Positions 61,201 through 64,000 of a stretch of DNA of 64,000 nt are shown in pieces (position 1 is the stretch's first letter; each line of letters starts with the position of its first letter). A model generated the notes under the pieces. It was not told where the DNA came from, made no database searches, and saw only the letters and a list, made by a program, of their open reading frames with translations. Source of the DNA: Eledone cirrhosa (taxonomy: Eukaryota); NCBI GenBank assembly GCA_964016885.1, contig OZ024743.1, forward strand, positions 142,042,001-142,106,000, given 5' to 3'. Made by a program: the position numbers and the translations under genes.

Positions 61201-64000
61201 GGTGCTTGGTGCTTGGTGCTTGGTGTTTGGTGTTTGATGATTGGTGTTTGGTGTTTGGTGTTTGGTGCTTGGTGCTTGGTGTTTGGTGTTTGATGCTTGC
61301 TGCTTGATGCTTGGTGCTTGGTGCTTGGTGTTTGGTGCTTGGTGCTTGGTGTTTGGTGCTTGGTACTTGGTGTTTGGTGCTTGGTGTTTGCTGTTTGCTG
61401 TTTGGTGTTTGGTGTTTGCTGTTTGCTGTTTGGTGTCTGCTTTTTGGTGTTTGTTGTTTGCTCTATGGTGTTTGCTGTTTCATGTTTGGTGTTTGCTGTT
61501 TGGTGTTTGGTGTTTGCTGTTTGGTGTTTGGTGCTTGGTGTTTGGTGCTTGCTGCTTGTTGTTTGATGATTGGTGCTTGGTGCTTGGTGTTTGCTGTTTG
61601 GTGCTTGGGGCTTGGTGTTTGGTGCTGCGTGCTTGGTGCTTGGTGCTTGGTGCTTGGTGTTTGGTGTTTGATGATTGGCGTTTGGTGTTTGGTGTTTGGT
61701 GTTTGGTGCTTGGTGTTTGGTGTGTGATGCTTGCTGCTTGATGCTTGGTGCTTGGTGCTTGGTGTTTGGTGCTTGGTGCTTGGTGTTTGGTGCTTGGTAC
61801 TTGGTGTTTGGTGCTTGGTGTTTGCTGTTTGCTGTTTGGTGTTTGGTGTTTGCTGTTTGCTGTTTGGTGTCTGCTTTTTGGTGTTTGTTGTTTGCTCTAT
61901 GGTGTTTGCTGTTTCGTGTTTGGTGTTTGCTGTTTGGTGTTTGGTGTTTGCTGTTTGGTGTTTGGTGCTTGGTGTTTGGTGCTTGGTGCTTGGTGTTTGG
62001 TGCTAGGTGCTTGGTGTTTGGTGCTTGGTGTTTGGTGTTTGGTGCTTGGTACTTGGGGCTTGGTGTTTGGTGCTTGGTGCTTCGTGCTTGGTGTTTGGTG
62101 CTTGGTGCCTGGTGCTTGTTGTTTGGTGATTGGTGCTTGGTGTTTGCTGTTTGGTGCTGCGTGCTTGGTGCTTGGTGCTTGGTGCTTGGTGCTTGGTGTT
62201 TTGTGTTTGGTGTTTGATGCTTGGTGTCTGGTGTTTGGTGCTTGATGCTTGGTGTTTGGTGTTTGATGCTTGGTGCTTGATGCTTGGTGCTTTGTGCTTG
62301 GTGTTTGGTGCTTGGTGCTTGGTGTTTGTACTTGGTGTTTGGTGCTTGGTGTTTGGTGCTTGGTGCTTGGTGTTTGGTGCTTGGTGCTTGGTGTTTGGTG
62401 TTTGGTGCTTGGTGTTTGGTGCTTGGTGCTTGGTGCTTGGTGTTAGGTGTTTGGTGCTTCATGCCTGGTGCTTGGTGTTTGGTGCTTGGTGCTTGGTGTT
62501 TGGTGTTTGGTGCTTCATGCTTGGTGCTTGGTGTTTGGTGCTTGGTGCTTGGTGTTTGGTGCTTGGTGCCTGGTGCATGGTGTTTGGTGCTTGATGCTTG
62601 GTGTTTGGTGTTTGGTGCTTGGTGTTTGGTGCTTGGTGCTTGGTGCTTGGTGTTAGGTGTTAGGTGTTTGATGCTTGGAGTTTGCTGTTTGGTGTTTGGT
62701 GTTTGCTGTTTGGTGTTTGGTCTTTGGTGCTTGGTCTTTGGTGCTTGGTGTTTGGTGCTTGGTGCTTGGTGTTTGGTGCTTGGTGCCTGGTGCTTGTTGT
62801 TTGGTGATTGGTGCTTGGTGTTTCCTGTTTGGTGTTTGGTGTTTGGTGTTTGCTGTTTTGTGTTTTGTGCTTGGTGCTTGGTGCTTGGTGTTTGGTGCTT
62901 GGTGCTTGGTGTTTGGTGCATGGTGCTTGATGCTTGGTGTTTGTACTTGGTGCTTGGTGCATGGTGTTTTGTGCTTGATTCTTGGTGTTTGGTGCTTGGT
63001 GTTTGGTGCTTAGTGCTTGGTGTTTGGTGTTTGGTGCTTGGTGTTTGGTGCTTGGTGCTTGGTGCTTGGTGTTTGGTGTTTGGTGCTTCCTGCTTGGTGC
63101 TTGGTGTTTGGTGCTTGGTGCTTGGTGTTTGGTGCTTGGTGCCTGGTGCATGGTGTTTGGTGCTTGATGCTTGGTGTTTGGTGTTTGGTGCTTGGTGTTT
63201 GGTGCTTGGTGCTTGGTGCTTGGTGTTAGGTGTTAGGTGTTTGGTGATTGGTGCTTGGTGTTTGGTGCTTGGTGCTTGATGTTTGGTGCTTGGAGCTTGG
63301 TGTTTGGTGCTTGGTGTTTGGTGCTTGGTACTTGGGGCTTGGTGTTTGGTGCTTGGTGCTTGGTGCTGGGTGGTTGGTGTTTGGTGCTTGGTGCTTGGTG
63401 TTTGGTGCTTGGTGCTTGGTGCTTGGTGTTTGGTGCTTGGCGCTTGGTGCTTGGTCTTTGGTGCTTGGTGTTTGGTGTTTGGTGCTTGGTGCTTGGTGTT
63501 TGGTGCTTGGTGATTAGTGTTTGGTGCTTGGTGCTTGGGGTTTGGTGTTTGGTGCTTGGTGCTTGGTGTTTGGTGCTTGGTGTTTGGTTTTTACTGTTTG
63601 GTGTTTGGTGTTTGCTGTTTGCTGTTTGCTGTTTGGTGTCTGCTTTTTGGTGTTTGGTGTTTGCTGTATCGTGTTTGCTGTTTCGTGTTTATTGTTTGCT
63701 GTTTGGTGTTTGGTGTTTGGTGTTTGGTGTTTCCTGTTTGGTGTTTAGTCTTTGGTGATTGGTGCTTGGTGCTTGGTGTTTGGTGTTTGGTGCTTGGTGC
63801 TTGGTGTTTGGTGCTTGGTACTTGTTGTTTGGTGATTGGTGCTTGGTGCTTGGTGTTTGCTGTTTGGTGCTTGGGGCTTGGTGTTTGGTGCTGCGTGCTT
63901 GGTGCTTGGTGCTTGGTGCTTGGTGTTTGGTGTTTGATGATTGGCGTTTGGTGTTTGGTGTTTGGTGTTTGGTGCTTGGTGTTTGGTGTGTGATGCTTGC
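49300..64000 (+). repeat. About 9.0 kb duplication (about 50.2-55.0 kb matches about 59.1-64.0 kb; 49.3-50.2 kb matches 57.8-58.7 kb at about 8.5 kb)
   Basis: ORF pairs 50926/59949, 51506/60515, 51856/60866, 52231/61241, 53623/62675, 54185/63237, 49559/58069. Shared private variants GTGTGTGATGC (about 52703/61720), GGAGTTTGCTG (about 53625/62677) and GGTTTTTACTG (about 54604/63586). Confidence 0.88.

Larger units (their letters stand above)
1..64000 (+). repeat. Heptamer tandem satellite array (TTGGTGY)n = TTGGTGC/TTGGTGT mix, about 9,100 units, single orientation, open at both window ends
   Basis: Every line parses as TTGGTGC/TTGGTGT units or 1-3 base variants of them (TTGCTGT, TTGTTGT, TTGATGC, TTGGTAC, TAGGTGT, TTGGTGA, TTGGGGC and others). 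No unique sequence or inverted block was seen. The + strand is almost devoid of A. Confidence 0.99.

Noticed and set aside
60504-62921. Long - strand ORFs (805 aa here, 664 aa at 29010, 627 aa at 18811) with TKHQAPS/TKHQTPN heptads, superficially like mucin or Pol II CTD repeats
   Set aside because: These are reverse-complement translations of the satellite. Variation shows no preference for synonymous positions, and there is no non-repetitive flanking coding sequence.
1-64000. CRISPR-like repeat/spacer organisation (islands separated by variable stretches)
   Set aside because: The intervening stretches are the same heptamer rather than unique spacers, spacing is irregular, and there are no cas genes or leader.
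1-64000. Bacterial heptamer repeats (cyanobacterial STRR-type or similar intergenic heptamer tracts)
   Set aside because: Those form short tracts between genes. A gene-free array of at least 64 kb with HORs does not fit, and the motif differs from STRR1-3.
1-64000. Synthetic sequence or basecalling artefact as the origin of the whole window
   Set aside because: Rare variants and indels recur in homologous contexts with graded divergence and exact phase bookkeeping, as expected from biological duplication history. Local copy-number misassembly, for example of the 2526-bp unit, remains possible.

Overview
The whole 64 kb window is one uninterrupted, single-orientation heptamer satellite array with consensus (TTGGTGY)n on + and (RCACCAA)n on -. 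It holds about 9,100 units and runs off both edges. I see no genes, RNA genes, transposons, CRISPR array or unique sequence. All listed ORFs are artefacts of translating a 7-bp repeat (WCLVLGA/V on +, TKHQAPS/TKHQTPN on -). The information lies in the internal structure. (i) The order of C/T at unit position 7, plus rare variant units, is copied faithfully over kilobases and defines nested higher-order repeats (HORs) of about 4.8-5.2, 10, 2.526, 2.9 and 9 kb. (ii) A TTGCTGT-rich island centred on CTGCTTT recurs about once per kb in four subtypes. (iii) The 7-bp register is broken by only a few recurrent indel units, and these account exactly for the HOR offsets I checked modulo 7. (iv) Marker units partition the array into layered domains. 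(v) Paired CpG/CpA variants suggest cytosine methylation. This fits a eukaryotic, recombination-amplified centromeric, pericentromeric or subterminal satellite that I do not recognise as a named family. The organism and function cannot be determined from this window. Counts and block boundaries were made by eye and are approximate.
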